Positions 36,293-49,528 of a DNA stretch of 64,000 nucleotides are shown here, in pieces. The notes below the pieces were generated by a model that did no database searches, was not told the origin of the DNA, and was given only the letters and a program-made list of their open reading frames with translations. Both the position numbers and the translations under genes were made by a program. The DNA lies in the NCBI GenBank assembly GCA_000934665.2, contig KZ538030.1, positions 62,001-126,000 of the forward strand. Reading direction: 5' to 3'. The stretch's first letter is position 1; each line of letters starts with the position of its first letter. The stretch comes from Catajapyx aquilonaris. Taxonomy: Eukaryota.

Positions 36293-36560
36293 CGCGTATC
36301 TCTGTTTGGGTCGTTGCCAAGGCTGGCGGCCATTTTGAAGTGTGGGGAACGCCAACGGGGTATAAATAGGGTACAGGCAAAAATAGAGTCCGCCATCTTT
36401 GATTCGCGCGTGTTCTTGCCATGTAGTTGCCATGGCCGCCAAAACCATCAAAGATGGCGGACCCTATTTTTTTGCATGTACCCTATTTATACCTCGTTGG
36501 CGTTCCCCACACTTCAAAATGTCCGCCAGCCTTGCCAACGGCCCCAAACAGAGAGACGCG
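36293..36560. repeat. Long inverted repeat/foldback (arms 36293-36403 and 36447-36560, 43-nt spacer)
   Basis: The arms are near-perfect reverse complements over ~110 bp, e.g. TTTTGAAGTGTGGGGAACGCCAACG / CGTTGGCGTTCCCCACACTTCAAAA and GTCCGCCATCTTTGAT / ATCAAAGATGGCGGAC. Confidence 0.92.
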
Positions 36561-37800
36561 AACACCAAAGGCGCCGACAGAAGTTTGTGCCTCTTATGTA
36601 GTAATAGGCTCCCTGATTCTATGCCATTGTGGCACAATTTGAATTTCCTTGGCAACGAGAAAAAGTCTACTCGAAGCACGCCCGCGTGATTTGGCAATCT
36701 TGTTATTATTACAGTGTTGCCACCATATGAACAGGGTTGTCATGTCTTCTCCAGCTGATTTGTAGAGACTTCCACAAACTTTCATCGGGTCGGGCAAGTT
36801 AGCAGTTGGAATGTCATTTTAGATCAAGCCCGCACATGAATCAAGAACTTAGATGCGATTAGGCACCGGGCGAAGATGGGCGGTAATTTTGGCCACCCCC
36901 GGATAGCTGGTAGGCGGTTAATGAAGCTTGCATGAGGAACCTGGATCTGGGCACATTTAGCAGGATTAACTTGCAGACAAGATTCCTAGCTCTGCAGAGG
37001 TTGGCTATTACCCGTGCTCTTTGTCAGAGGGGTATGCGCACTGAATTAACGGCCATTTCCCTGAGAATATAATACGATTGGAAGGAGGAGTTCACATTAA
37101 TACGGAGATCAGGTCAAGAAATCGGGACTATAATTTTCCCTGACCTCTACTGAAAAGGGATTATTAAGGGAGCCCCTGTATTATTGAACCTTCATGATTA
37201 TGGTTGTAAAATATGCGCGTGTTGAGCTGGGCATGTATATAGCTTTTTTTTAGTAGTATAAAAATTTGGGGGTTTGGATATTAATTGGGCGTAGCAACAT
37301 TAATGGGGCCTAGTTTTCGCAGACAATGACTTGGGCGAATTGCTCAGAGTTTGTTTCTATAGGGGCTCTATGCACGTATTTATGAGGATCCAGTAGACCT
37401 TTTGTTGTAGCTGGGTGGGGGGTTTCGAATATTAATACATATTTTTTTTTTGAAGCGGGTTTCTGGTGTAAAGGCAAGCTCTGCGAGTGCTATTGTTTGT
37501 GGAGCACAGCGGCGGAATAAAAATAGAAGTTGCTTTGTGGGAAACTATTCTGGAGTCGTATTTTGTAATACAATGACCTGGCTTGGAAAAGCATATCATG
37601 TTTTTTGGGAATGCAGTGATGGAGAACTCATTATAAGTTTTGCATTGCAACTTTTCGTGTGCATTAAGGGGTTTATATACAATATATTTGAAGAATAATT
37701 AATGCCTGTTGTCCTAAATATAGGGCATTTGTACAGTACCCGCAGCATAACTTATCAAAAAGTAGGCGGCGACCTCTGCCCCTCCAGACCGCTCTTAACA

Positions 37801-37861
37801 CCCTTAAGCGATCTAATTGGTGGAGCAGAGGACTATGCTCCACCAGTCAGATCGCTTAGGG
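37801..37861. repeat. Short hairpin: 23-bp stem, 8-nt loop
   Basis: TAAGCGATCTAATTGGTGGAGCA-GAGGACTA-TGCTCCACCAGTCAGATCGCTTA with two non-Watson-Crick positions, extendable by CCC/GGG across one bulge. Confidence 0.85.
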
Positions 37862-38398
37862 AATGGTAGGTACAGTGCGGTACATAAGAAATCATCATTT
37901 TAAACCTTACCGTGTATTGCTCAGAGTTCTGCTGTAATAAACATATTACTCGTAGCCTATAGTATACGTAATAGCAGAACTCTTTGATATTTCTTAACCG
38001 CAGAGGTCGCAATATTTAGCACATGCCTATTTTTTGAGAGGTCAGACTGTGGGTACAGTGGTTGATTTGCTCATAAAATTATTTAACAAATTTAACAAAA
38101 ATATTGTTGATAAATGAAGGGTAGATAAAATATTCTATGAGACATCTCATTACAAATTTACAGCTTGTGTACGGCTGTCTTATGAACAATTGCTAGCCCC
38201 TCGCTAATTACACACTGTAACAACCTGAGAAAAATTTATGTCCTGACCATTTCTCCAACTCCAGTGAATAAAACATTTTCTTGGCACAGTTGTTGATCTC
38301 AGTGAAGGAAGAAAAACAGGGGCTGACACGTCCCTAAAAGCCTTTTGTTGTGCCCTGTTCCTCAAGTCATCTTGTCTTCTCTCTTTTTTCCTTTCCAG

Positions 38399-38489
38399 CA
38401 GCTTCACTCTGAGTATCGTAGTACGTTCAAATGGCACGAATACACAGGACCACGCCAGGAGGTCGTACGCCGTCCGCCTCAGCCCTCTG
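38399..38489 (+). CDS. MDM1: MDM1/SAXO6-like protein, coding exon 2 ((Q)LHSEYRSTFKWHEYTGPRQEVVRRPPQPS); gene continues beyond what can be traced in the window
   Basis: Long polypyrimidine tract and CAG/CAG acceptor, open frame, consensus phase-1 donor TG|gtaagt at 38490. SEYRSTFKW fits the Mn-motif pattern [ST][ET]Y[RQ]xx[FY]xW and the SEYQRNFLW repeat of vertebrate MDM1 (recalled). Confidence 0.75.
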
Positions 38490-41400
38490 GTAAGTACTGA
38501 CTCTTTTTTGTGTGTGTGTGAGAGAGAGGACTTCGTTTGATCAGATGTTCACGGGGCTCTTGGGGGATGGTCCGCAACTTTTCTGTGGGCTTCTAGATCC
38601 AAGGTAGTTTGGGGATCTCCATGGCTTCAATCGGAAGAGAAAGAAGGCTTTTTTGATTATTTAGGCGGAAGTGTGCACGACCTCGGACCAGGCTCGAGGG
38701 AAGGGTCTTATTGTTGCTGAAGTCGTAGCACGCAATGTCTTGAATGTTTTAAAGGAGAAAAGGGTGAAGGTCTGCGGGTAGATGGCGGTGGCGTGTGGGG
38801 GGTGTGACTGGTAGCGTGACAGGAGTTGGCGTGGGGGGTTGGGGGCAGTAATCGGATGAGTGATGTCTGAAGGGTGCGGATATTTTGCGGGTGAGGTCAA
38901 GGCAGCATGGGACCTTAATTGGGTCATTTTCAAGGGAATATTGAATTTGGAGTCGGTCCAATATGTGGTTGATAAACAATCATTTATTGTTGGGCTTAAC
39001 CCATAGAGCGCCGCAGCAACTAATATTCATTAACATAGTAATTCTCTCTAGAAAACGTTATAACATATCGCTAGCTTAATTTAACGATCGTTGTTCAATA
39101 TCGACTTTGACAGTAAATAGGCTAAAAATGGCTTTATGAAATTGCGTAGTTAGCGGTTGTTCAGCTCAGAATAATGAATGTGCTTTTGGTCTAGGCTGAT
39201 TTATTTTCTCTTTGAATCAAAGCACGCAGGATTAGCCACATTTGTGCGGTGCTTGCACAACAGATGATGCGAGTGGAGCATTATACAAAATGTAGTACTT
39301 GTACAGGGTGTTTCAAATGGGTAGAAATTTTGATGTCTGACCTACTGGCTTCAGTCCAATGTTGACATTGTCTTACAAAAGTAGAGCTCCAATCATATTT
39401 TGATGGTACTTGCCTTCCGTTGGATCCTTACACAAAAGGGTTGAAGGGGCGTTTCGGGTAAGTAGGCTAATTGCTGGCAAGGGCTACCTTTTGTCTTTCT
39501 CCAGGCAGTTAAGTTTATTATCATTAGACCCTCCTTTGAGCATCACCCCAAAGTCCAAGTTGAATGGTGAAAAGGAAGACTAACGATGAAAATCGTGGGA
39601 AGTTGGCTTGAACTTTGCACGCTGTAGCCTACATTAGGAAGTTTCAATTAGTTTGGATCGCCCCAAAAGTGGTCTTGTGGGAAAGCCCAAACTTTTTTCG
39701 ACTCTTTTCCTTCCCCAAAAAAGAGAGAAAGATTTCAAAACATTAAGAATTAAAGTTACGGAAAGAAGTTTTCACCAGCTCATATTATAATGAAGCTGAT
39801 TGTTGCACTACTAAATTAACTTGTGAAGACAGCAAAGATAGGACCTCTTATTTAATTGCACGAATCAATACCAGAAAAAAGCGTGCATTTAATCAGAACC
39901 TTATCCTCCAGAGTGCGCCAAAAGGGGAAGAATTTACGAGTCCTTATGCAATATTAAACGTCTGCTCTCTCTCACTGTCGGCTTCCAACTTTTCCGGGCC
40001 TGGAAATCCAAAAAACTCAGTCGTTATTTGCAGTATAACTTTCTCAGAGCCACGTTTCAGACTCAGAGAAATATAATAAAAAAAAAACACAGAGGTCCGC
40101 ATAAGAGATTGCACTGCTATATAGAGAGGAAGGTGGCCTAGAAAGCTGCTACCATGATTTATGGAAGAGCCAACGTTGAAGTGTAATTACGTTAAATTTG
40201 TGGTTTCAGCCGAGCGAGAGAAGTTTCCTCGCCGAACACTACCATTGAAAAAGCGTGGAAAATGCGAAATAACTAAAATGGGAAAAGCCCTCTCGAGGTG
40301 TGCGGAATTGTGCGGAGTTGGCGTGATCCGAGGTCGTAAGTAAACTGAGAGGGTTGGCAAGGGTTGGCATGAATAAGATAATCATCGTGCTAAAGGGAGG
40401 TACCGTCCAGGTACACTTACTAAGGATGGAATAATAGATTTTTGAAGAGAACAAGTCATATTCTGTAAAGTCACAGTCTTTCTGGAGTACCTCTTACTTT
40501 CATAATGCAGTGTTCTTGAGACGCTAACTTGTTGCCAAAAAACGCGTGCTAATTGCCTTCATCTGCAAAGCCTTATGAAGAGAGATGAGTAATTCTCTCC
40601 GCTTGTGAACAGTACCATTTTGGCTCAGGGACTTTGCTTCAGACGAGAAGCAGAACAAGAGAATTCGTCTCTCGCATTAATTTTGTGCAGATTCTCGCTC
40701 GGACGGAGGTTCACTGACATTAATATCCGGAGCATTAGCATAAAAAGCTGGCATGCAGAAAATAATTTGCACTCCAAGCTCTATGCGGTTCTAGGGGACA
40801 TAAAGCCACGTCCTGGACGCCATTAATATCCAGGACATCACCTCCGTGGCACCTGATTAGAAAACATGGCGTTACCAGTATACCTTTTGCTACTCTTAAT
40901 GTGTCTTAATAAGTGCTCGCTCGCAGGTTGCATTCATTGCAGTATATCCATTCTGGGGAACAAATGAGGGCACACAGAATTTGCATCCAGTGTTAAGCTG
41001 CCTGGTAATCAGCCAGGTGGTTTGGTCGCTAAGTCGCTTTCCGATAGCCACGGGACAGTCCTAGTTACAGAGGGTTGTCAGGATTGTTGCCAAATGAAGA
41101 TGTATCACGTTTTTATTAGAGTACAATAGGTAACTTGTACAGGTTAATTCTGATGCTCTCAATATGTAGAATTTTCCTGTATGTATTATTTACTGGGACA
41201 CACAGGACATAAATTTCCTCTTTGGGCAGCGTAAAGGTGGCCATATAGTATTTTAATTCGTAGTTACAGTAAAAAAAAATGAGCAGGTTACTGTGAGTAT
41301 GAACTTGGCCAGATCATTCACTCGTAACAATTCCGGAAGGCACCTTGGAGAAATTCCGTGAAACCGGAGCTTTATTCATGCTCATAGAAGCACGGTTCAT

Positions 41401-44400
41401 TCGCGGAAAGTACTGGTTAGCCTCGGAGTGTAACGTTGCCCCAAGGGTCTTGTACATTTTAAAATAAAAAAGCGTGGACGTGCAGTGCCAGCAAGTTTTT
41501 ACATAAAATGTCATCGAGCCTCCAGGAATATATTCAGCACAGTGTCACACGGGTATGTTACAGTTACCTGTATGAATTATGCTATCTGCAATTCAACAGT
41601 GCGCAGTTGTTGTGATTTCAATCAGGAAGGATTAGTCACTCGGAACTGTGTAAAATTCAGTTGGCAATTATTAGAATATAGTTGATCCGATTTATCTAAA
41701 ATGATGGATGCCACACCAAATTCATTTGGTTGTGACATCCACTGCAGTTATATTTTTTTCGCCAAGAAGGTCTGCACTATAGTAGAGCTGAATTAATAAC
41801 AAATTTTGCGCGAAATTGCCCTGTCATTGTTCAAATCGCAACTTGACACATCTCCAATCGAAATCTACCTCCTTTGGACACAGTTCAATTCCTCGATCTG
41901 GATCTACTCTCTCACCATCTCGTATGCAAAAAAAAAAACTCAGGGGCTTGTTCCATCCTTATTCCCAACACGGGCCATTTGGGCGTGACAAGAACCCCCC
42001 GCAATCCGCAATCTCCGGAGGGAACATCGGATGTCCAGCAGGTCCTTTAATCCAGGTTGAGCAGGCGTTTTGGGGGCGTTTGAAATCTGATTTGGAAAGC
42101 AAAGGGCGTTACCCCTCTTGCCTACTACTACTGCCTTCCATTTGGGGCCAACCTTATCCGGCTCTGAGACCCTGCAAAAGACTAGGCAAAAAAAAAAAAC
42201 TCCTGTAGTTTTTTTTATCTTTGGCTAGAAAAAAAAGGGAAGGGAAGCAAAGACTGCGTCTGGAATGCCAAAGTGTGTAGAGAAGTTTCCTTCCCCATGA
42301 AGGATCGATAGTGTAGCTTCCTTCACAGCCAACCCTGCTCATTGCATTGCAGAAACCTGCACGTGGAAGAACTTCATCGGATATTTTTTTCAGGATAAAA
42401 CTGGAAAAGCTAACCAATTTTCACGAGCTGAGAGATGTACAAAATATTTGATATAATTTTGGGTGGATAGGATGAGTGACAATAATGCGGTAAGTAATAC
42501 CAGAAAGATATACGAATTCAGCTACTGGTTATAGAGAGATGAATCAGTGCTGCGGGGACTGAAATGTGTCGAGGACGCGGATTTATGGGATCGTTTTGGA
42601 TGATTTATTGCAATGGTGGGGATCAGATTAACAAAACTGGGAGAGCGAAATGCTGAACACTGTTTTGGCATAGCGTAGGGCTTATGTGTTAAAACAATAG
42701 GAATTAAATTGCAATGTATTTTCGTTTATTGGGCGACACCCACACCTAATCTATATGTGAGAGACAGAATTTTGCAATATTACAACTAGGGTACAACTGA
42801 TAGTAAGAATACTATAAAAACTGCAACAAATTGACCTTTTTGCAATTTTAAAGATTGGCACACATTATTTGCAAACTGGTTCCGTTTATTGGCAATGGGT
42901 TTCAGTCGGACAGAATTGTTTTGCAATTGTCCCAGTATAGTTGCTACAAATGGCCCAGGAGCAGGGCGGGTGGCTTCTGTACCAACAAATTAATCAATGA
43001 ATCGATTGAGCAGTTCGGACTCATCGATAATCAATGACTCATGGCAACTGGTCCGTCGAGTACAACAGAGGTTTTCAAACGGGTATGCCCGTGCCCTTAG
43101 GGGGTAACTCAGTTGTAATGGAAATGATAGAAGCACCGATTACATAAAATTGTTCGCCACACTGTAACTAATATATTTTATTCGCATAGCACATTATACA
43201 CTAATAATTTAGTAACAATAATACATGATGATCGTACTCTCAATCATAATTGTGCAACGATGAAACATATGTACCGGTACTAAATTTTTGCACACAATAT
43301 TATTTAAAGATCCTATTAGAACAAATGACCTATTAAAGTACACAATTCCTACAGATTGATGTACTGTACTGTACTGTACCTGACAAATGGCCCACTAGTA
43401 TCGACAAGCCAAACATAAACTTCCGGCAAAATTTTAAATTGCGGATCTGATTTTCAGCTGTGATAACAGCCTTGTTCAAACATTACAATTCTCATTACTG
43501 ATTCGTTAGACAGACCCCGTTAAGTTCATTATAACTCTCCACTTGCATAAGAAATCAAGCCCAATTACAGAGCGCCTAAGCAAATAAAGTGCAAATTTTC
43601 CCATTTTATGTATAGAAACTGCACATTACTAGATATTTTTCAAATAGTTTTAAAGGGGGCACAACTCCTGGGATTACACATTTACATATCATGCATTATA
43701 TGCATAAGAAATATAGACTTTCCTTCAATTTTTCGGGCTTGAGTTATTTACACCACTAAGTTGCATTTTTAATGCTGTATCGCTTGTGAAGTCCATTTGT
43801 CCCAAATATTCATAATGAGCCAGCAAGCCAGGATTTTTTTGTCTTCACTAGCAAATGAATGATCTCAAAACTATATTTTAGTGGATTTCACTTGTTTCCA
43901 AGATTTTCAATCACACAAATTAACCTCGTTTTTTTGAAATATTTTAGTTGATCCCAGCTGACCTAAAGTGAATAGCTCCACACCTGGAATCAGAGTCAGC
44001 AATAAGAAGTGATCAGTGACTTTCCCTTGAACTAATCCCGACCAGTTGTTCCTGAGCAGCTTAACCTGAGAAACCTCTCCTGGGCTCGGAATCAATAACC
44101 TCTGGAAGCCGGATTAAGCACACAAATCCTTCACTATTGACTCTGTGAGTCTTAGTCTGAGGAAGGGCCCCTCCTCTTAGTTTTATTCAAAGGTTGGTGT
44201 CCCCCCNCCCCCCACCACCAACTCGAAATAAGCGAGAGGTCTTTGCCTCTGCTCACCGATTCCTGGCTTTGCTTCTGTTTCGATTGAGCTTAATTTGAAG
44301 CCAAGAGAGGGTGTCGATTGTTGGCCTGAGATCTCATCTGCCATGAAATTTATTGCTGGTCCGGAAGGAGGCCTTATTGCAGTTAACCCCCCCTTCCCAA

Positions 44401-47400
44401 CACCAGGAATTCTTTGGAGGCTTGGGATGAGTTATTTATCGCTTTGTCTCTCACGCCTCGTAAATTATGGTCTGGGTGTCATTTCCAACGACGCTGCATT
44501 ATTATTTCCACTACTTATGGGCCCTTCACCCGGTTTCAGGAGGCTTTGTGGTGGTGTTCGTGGGGACCCTTTCCGTGGTAGTTATTTGTGTCTTTGGATG
44601 GGATGGATTAAGGAGAGTGTGACAAGTTGTCGGGTACAAATAGGCCAGACCTTACTGTTGCCAAAATGTATAGCTGAAACCATATTCGGTGAGTCATATT
44701 GGTTTAACAAAATAGCAATCAATGTTTTGTAAGTGAGTCGCCGATGCAAATAATAAGAGTATTGAAATTTAATTGGCGCGTGCATAAATACATATCAGGT
44801 ACAGTGGATGGGGATTAGCGGGAGATAAATATGGATACATGGAAAATGGCCTAATAGGCACTAGAGCAGGCTGCTGCGTAACAGCCAATGATCGCGATGC
44901 CATAGGGCAATATTGGGAAACTGTAATGATGTTGTCAAATAGAAGTTGGCTGTTTCCATGTGGCATTGGCATCCCGGGGTCTCAAAGGGTTAATCGGAAC
45001 TTATCCGATACATCATCATGAAATATCGCTATTATTTATGGTGCGTTCAATATACCAGTGATGTAATTTATGCAGTTAAAATATTGCCTTTATGATATGC
45101 AGGGTGGCGCACTGCCCCCAGTTCAAAAACGGAAGGTGAATGTATTGTAGTAGTACTTAATGTTTTAAACTATGCGCTTGCACATATTTTCACTGGTTTG
45201 GCAGTTTATAAATTGGAAGCACCGCAGGTTTGCATGGCGGCCATCTTGGATTGAACTACTCTCAAACTTTTTTTTTTTGTCGATAGTTGGCTCCTAATTA
45301 CTACTACAGCGCAATCAATTAGAGAGGTGTGCACCATACATACCAAACAGCCCCGGCGTTGTCATCTGGTGCTAATGTAAGGACCTACGTGCTTGGAATA
45401 CTGTCATATCAGGCATTATTAAACTAGCTTGAGGAGAACAGCGATGAGACAGGTGAGCAAAGCAACACAGATTAGAATAATTATTTTGCGGATTATATTC
45501 ACCTACATCATCCTACTTCATAGTTTACAACTTGCATAAAAATATGAAGTGTTTTCATCGTTTGGTACGAAACAGTTTGTTCTACTATTTGTCAGTTGGA
45601 CGTATAATCAAATTAACTAATGTAATTAATGATTTCAGTAACTCATTAAAGCGTACTGAATGAACTGAAATGTTAATATAATGAACTTAATTCATGTTAC
45701 ATTTTCGAATTAGTACGTTATTTCATTACATAATGATTTGACTATTACATAATGGCATTCCTGCATTAGAACACTGGTCTACTCACGGTTGGAACGATAG
45801 GACCTTTCCTGACTATAATTCCTGTAACAGTCGGAGTTGAACCAGTCCCAAACCCTGCTGTGATATCTCCCAGCCATTTTAAAAATTACCATCCCCCTCC
45901 CCGTCCCCCTACCATCGCTAATTACCTCTCTCTCAATGTTCGTACATGGCTTGAAACAAAATCCCTTCCGCCATTTGGCACAGTTCTCCTCGAACAACTC
46001 CACCTCTCTGTCTCCTTATCCCCAGCCCCTTCCCATGAATATTTTATTGAAGTCAGACGCCATTGTGGAAGCGAAACCGACTCCGGACCTTACTATTCAC
46101 CGGATCCACGACTCCGGACATATTGTCCTGGGGTCCTGCCCCTTCACCTCAGTCCGCTCCGGGAGTGGACACACTCCAGAAATGAACTGCCCGCAGTGCG
46201 GAGATCGTTCTCCCTTACACCCTAGCAAACCATCCAGAAATCACAGGGTGGGTGCCAAGTTCAAGGAAAATTTCTTAAGCCGATTTTGGACACAAGCCAT
46301 CTCAAAATGTGCCACTTTACATTTTAACAAGGGACCAATCTACTACGGTAATTATACGTAATGGAAATATTTTCTCTTTCTGGAGCAATCCACATTTTGT
46401 CTCATTGAACTTTAGTAGTGAACCACCCTGTTTAGGCGGCATAGAGCAAAAAGAGAGTGGCAAAAACTTTTTCTTCCATGTGAACTTTCTTTTTTTGCAA
46501 AGGGAGTTTATGACTTCCAGTCCGACGAGCCTTCAGACTTTTCACGAATTATGATGGACGACTTGGACTCGTGAAAAGGAAGTTGGGCGGTGAGGACCGC
46601 TAACAATCCGATAATCGAGGGGATTTTTTGGAGGGGGGGCTGAGTTGAATAAACCTAGGTCGCCATTTTCTAAGGAGTTCGATAAAAAAGGATATGAAGT
46701 TCATTAGAATGTAGAAGTGTGTGGAGTTGAAGATGGAAAATGGGTGGCGATTATTTTCAGCATTTTTTTTTTTTGCGGAATGGTTTGGATGGGGTGTAGT
46801 ATATCATTGGGATATCTGGCCCCAAAAGTGGTCACGTTCATATCGCCGGTGGAAATAATGTGCCGGCACAGCGACATTATAACGTGATAAAACAGGCGGT
46901 GAGGACGTCATTATAACACATTTTATCATGGTTATCGTACAGGGTGTGCTCCAACCGAAATTTATTGGGAACAAAATGTGGCACTAAGCTGATTCTTAAG
47001 GAGTTGCATTTACATGGTAAAAAAGTATTGCTTTCAATATTAGGTTCTTTTCAGTGGGGCTTAACGTCGGCCTGCAAATGTCAACACCGACGCCAGGGGG
47101 AAATTTGGCCACTCTAGGGATCTTTAACGTGCACTCGCGCAATAATATTAGGTTCTGAAAAATTTTCAACTGAACTGTTTGCTGCAGAATGTACATCATT
47201 ACAGTGTAATACCAGCATCACAAGTACACTAGTTAACTCCCCAAACTCTGAGACACTGTAATACCTCAACAGACCTTTTTGTGCCTCAAACTTGCAACGC
47301 CCTCCAGACATATTTTAACATTTCAATCTAGAAGGGCTGCTCCTTATGTTTTTTGAAAGTTGGGGAAAGCAGTTGCGGTTGCGCATACTTTCCCGCCTCT

Positions 47401-49459
47401 TTAACCGTCTGCTAGCACACCTATACGTAACCTCAGGCCTGTAGTTGGAAGCTGCCCACAAGAACCCATCTTCAAAGTCTGCTTTCTCATCAAGGACTTC
47501 CGTAAGGCAACAAAAGCTCACAGCAAATTTCCAATGTCCGACAGGCCACAGGGTGCAGCAAAAAAATATATATTTTGATGGACTTGCACTAGGGGGGCTA
47601 TTCATCTTAGACATTTTTTTTCTGCTGAAATCTGAGGGCAGGTTATTGCACCATCCTGGAGATGTATCGCACAATACCCTTGGACCTCCCTTTTCGCGAA
47701 TTAACACTCTGGGGGAAGGCTGGGGGTAATTCAGAGGGCTTTTCTCTTTTGTGGGACCGGCGTCTCAAAAGGAGGGCTTTATATTATGGTACGGCAGAGA
47801 GTCCCCCGCCGATAATATCAGGCATGCCGTCATCAAAGGTTGGGGAATCTGGCTTGTTCACAGCGACTTTAATTGTTAGAAGGAGGTGCAATATATCCGA
47901 GACACAATCTGAGGGGGAGTGTATAAATGCGGTTGGAGGCGGTGTAAATCAGAGGTGGGTTGTATATCACCAGGTTGATATTTTGAGTGTCGAAAAGGAA
48001 ATATTGGGGTGTCTTGCAAAAATATGGGATAATCTTCGCTCGTGCTTGTGTGCTGGATTTCTGAGGAAATAATGGGCTATAGAAGCTTCCAGCTTCATTA
48101 GGCTTGATAAAAATTAACACTGAGTGTTAAAGTGGGCGACATTTTAACCCAAGATTGGCCTTTAAAGTGCGGTTGCCTTTTACTTTTTTGCTGTCAAGAG
48201 AAGGGGAAACTCGCACTGAATCGTGTCAACGTCGTTTACGTCGCTAATCAGGCTGATAGTAGCAGCTATTTTATTCGGTATTAAGCCTGCTCTTGAAGTA
48301 ATATTTTTTAAGGAAAATACACGGACGCTTTTTTTTATTTTTGCAGAACACACCAATGAAGGTAGCCTATTCGATATACACAAGGTCGACCTTAAAATAT
48401 ATTAATATAATTCAGATTTTAATATAAAAACTGTAGGCTATTTTAGCGTGTTGAATCTCAAATTTATTTGTTATTTAAATAATTCAGCCTATATTAATAT
48501 TATTAATATGAACGTATACAAATTTTAGGCATGTTAAAATTCAAGATCTTTTTCCATTGCATTATATTGTCCATTATTGATAACACCTCTGCCCAATTAG
48601 GAAAAAAGATGTTTTTTTTCAGTCGCAAGCTTCCTTCCACTCTGTCACTGTACGGATTGTATAGCAAGCAGAAGAAACGCTGCATTGTGCACTGCAGTTG
48701 TACAGAAATCGGATTAAAAAAGGGGCGCGGAAATTTAATTAGTGCTTTGGCAGTTCAGACCGATTGCGTGGAAGGTTTTCAGGCGTCCACAAAATGTGCC
48801 AGAAGTCCTTTGATTATTTTTTTTACGTACATTTTTTTTACGTCCCTTGGCGCTTTTTCCATTGGGTACTGTAATGCTCACAGACGTGTCGAGGCTTGTG
48901 TGAAGTTCGAATGGTATTGATAGCATCGCTGCCAATTAGTGCACTTTTGTTCGGTTTGCTAGCTGTCGCAGGGAAAAAGGATATCCGGACTAAAAAAAAA
49001 TGAAGGTAGCAGTTGCAGTTTTTTGGCGCTTATTAAAATGTTGATTGACATGCAATGGTGTATAGAGGGGGGAAAAAACAAGTGCACCACATGCAACGTG
49101 CGGGTTTTTTTTTGGTACAGCTACATGTTTGCCTATTGCCAAAACAGTATTATTAACTCGCAGTGTTCAAAAAGTACACTCTGGAATTAATATATTATGC
49201 ACACATTTATGACAGACACATAACGGGTGGATTGACCTACAAAATAGTCGTGCACAAAATTATTTGCATTTTCAATTGAATCGTAGGCTATCATGATGCT
49301 CTGAGTTTGACATGATAGATTATGTAAAACACTGACATTGTCGCTCATTCATATTGTGATCAACCCTTATTTTCAAAGCGCGATTGCCCACTAGTTTTCT
49401 GTTGTCCATTATTCATGCTGTTTATTATTTTGATGCACAGGATGATGTAAACAAAATCA

Positions 49460-49528
49460 TATTGCGGTGAGTACAGAAAAGCCTATTGCGGCGAGTACAG
49501 AACATCCTATTTGTTTATCGAGTACAAA
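49460..49528. repeat. 24-bp tandem repeat, 2 good copies plus 1 degenerate
   Basis: TATTGCGG(T/C)GAGTACAGAA(A/C)A(G/T)CC repeated. Confidence 0.75.

Noticed and set aside
39301..39325. TACAGGGTG-type Tc1/mariner end words (also near 7897 and 46938)
   Set aside because: No matching opposite TIR found, so an element cannot be delimited.
33111..45460. Other ATG-plus-donor combinations (33132, 42490, 45453)
   Set aside because: No promoter-like context or incompatible phase. Such motifs arise frequently by chance.
46026..46225. Plus-strand acceptor with a phase-1 open frame (APSHEYFIEV...SFSLTP*) as possible MDM1-like exon 3
   Set aside because: Ends in a stop without a donor and shows no Mn-like motif or recognisable similarity.
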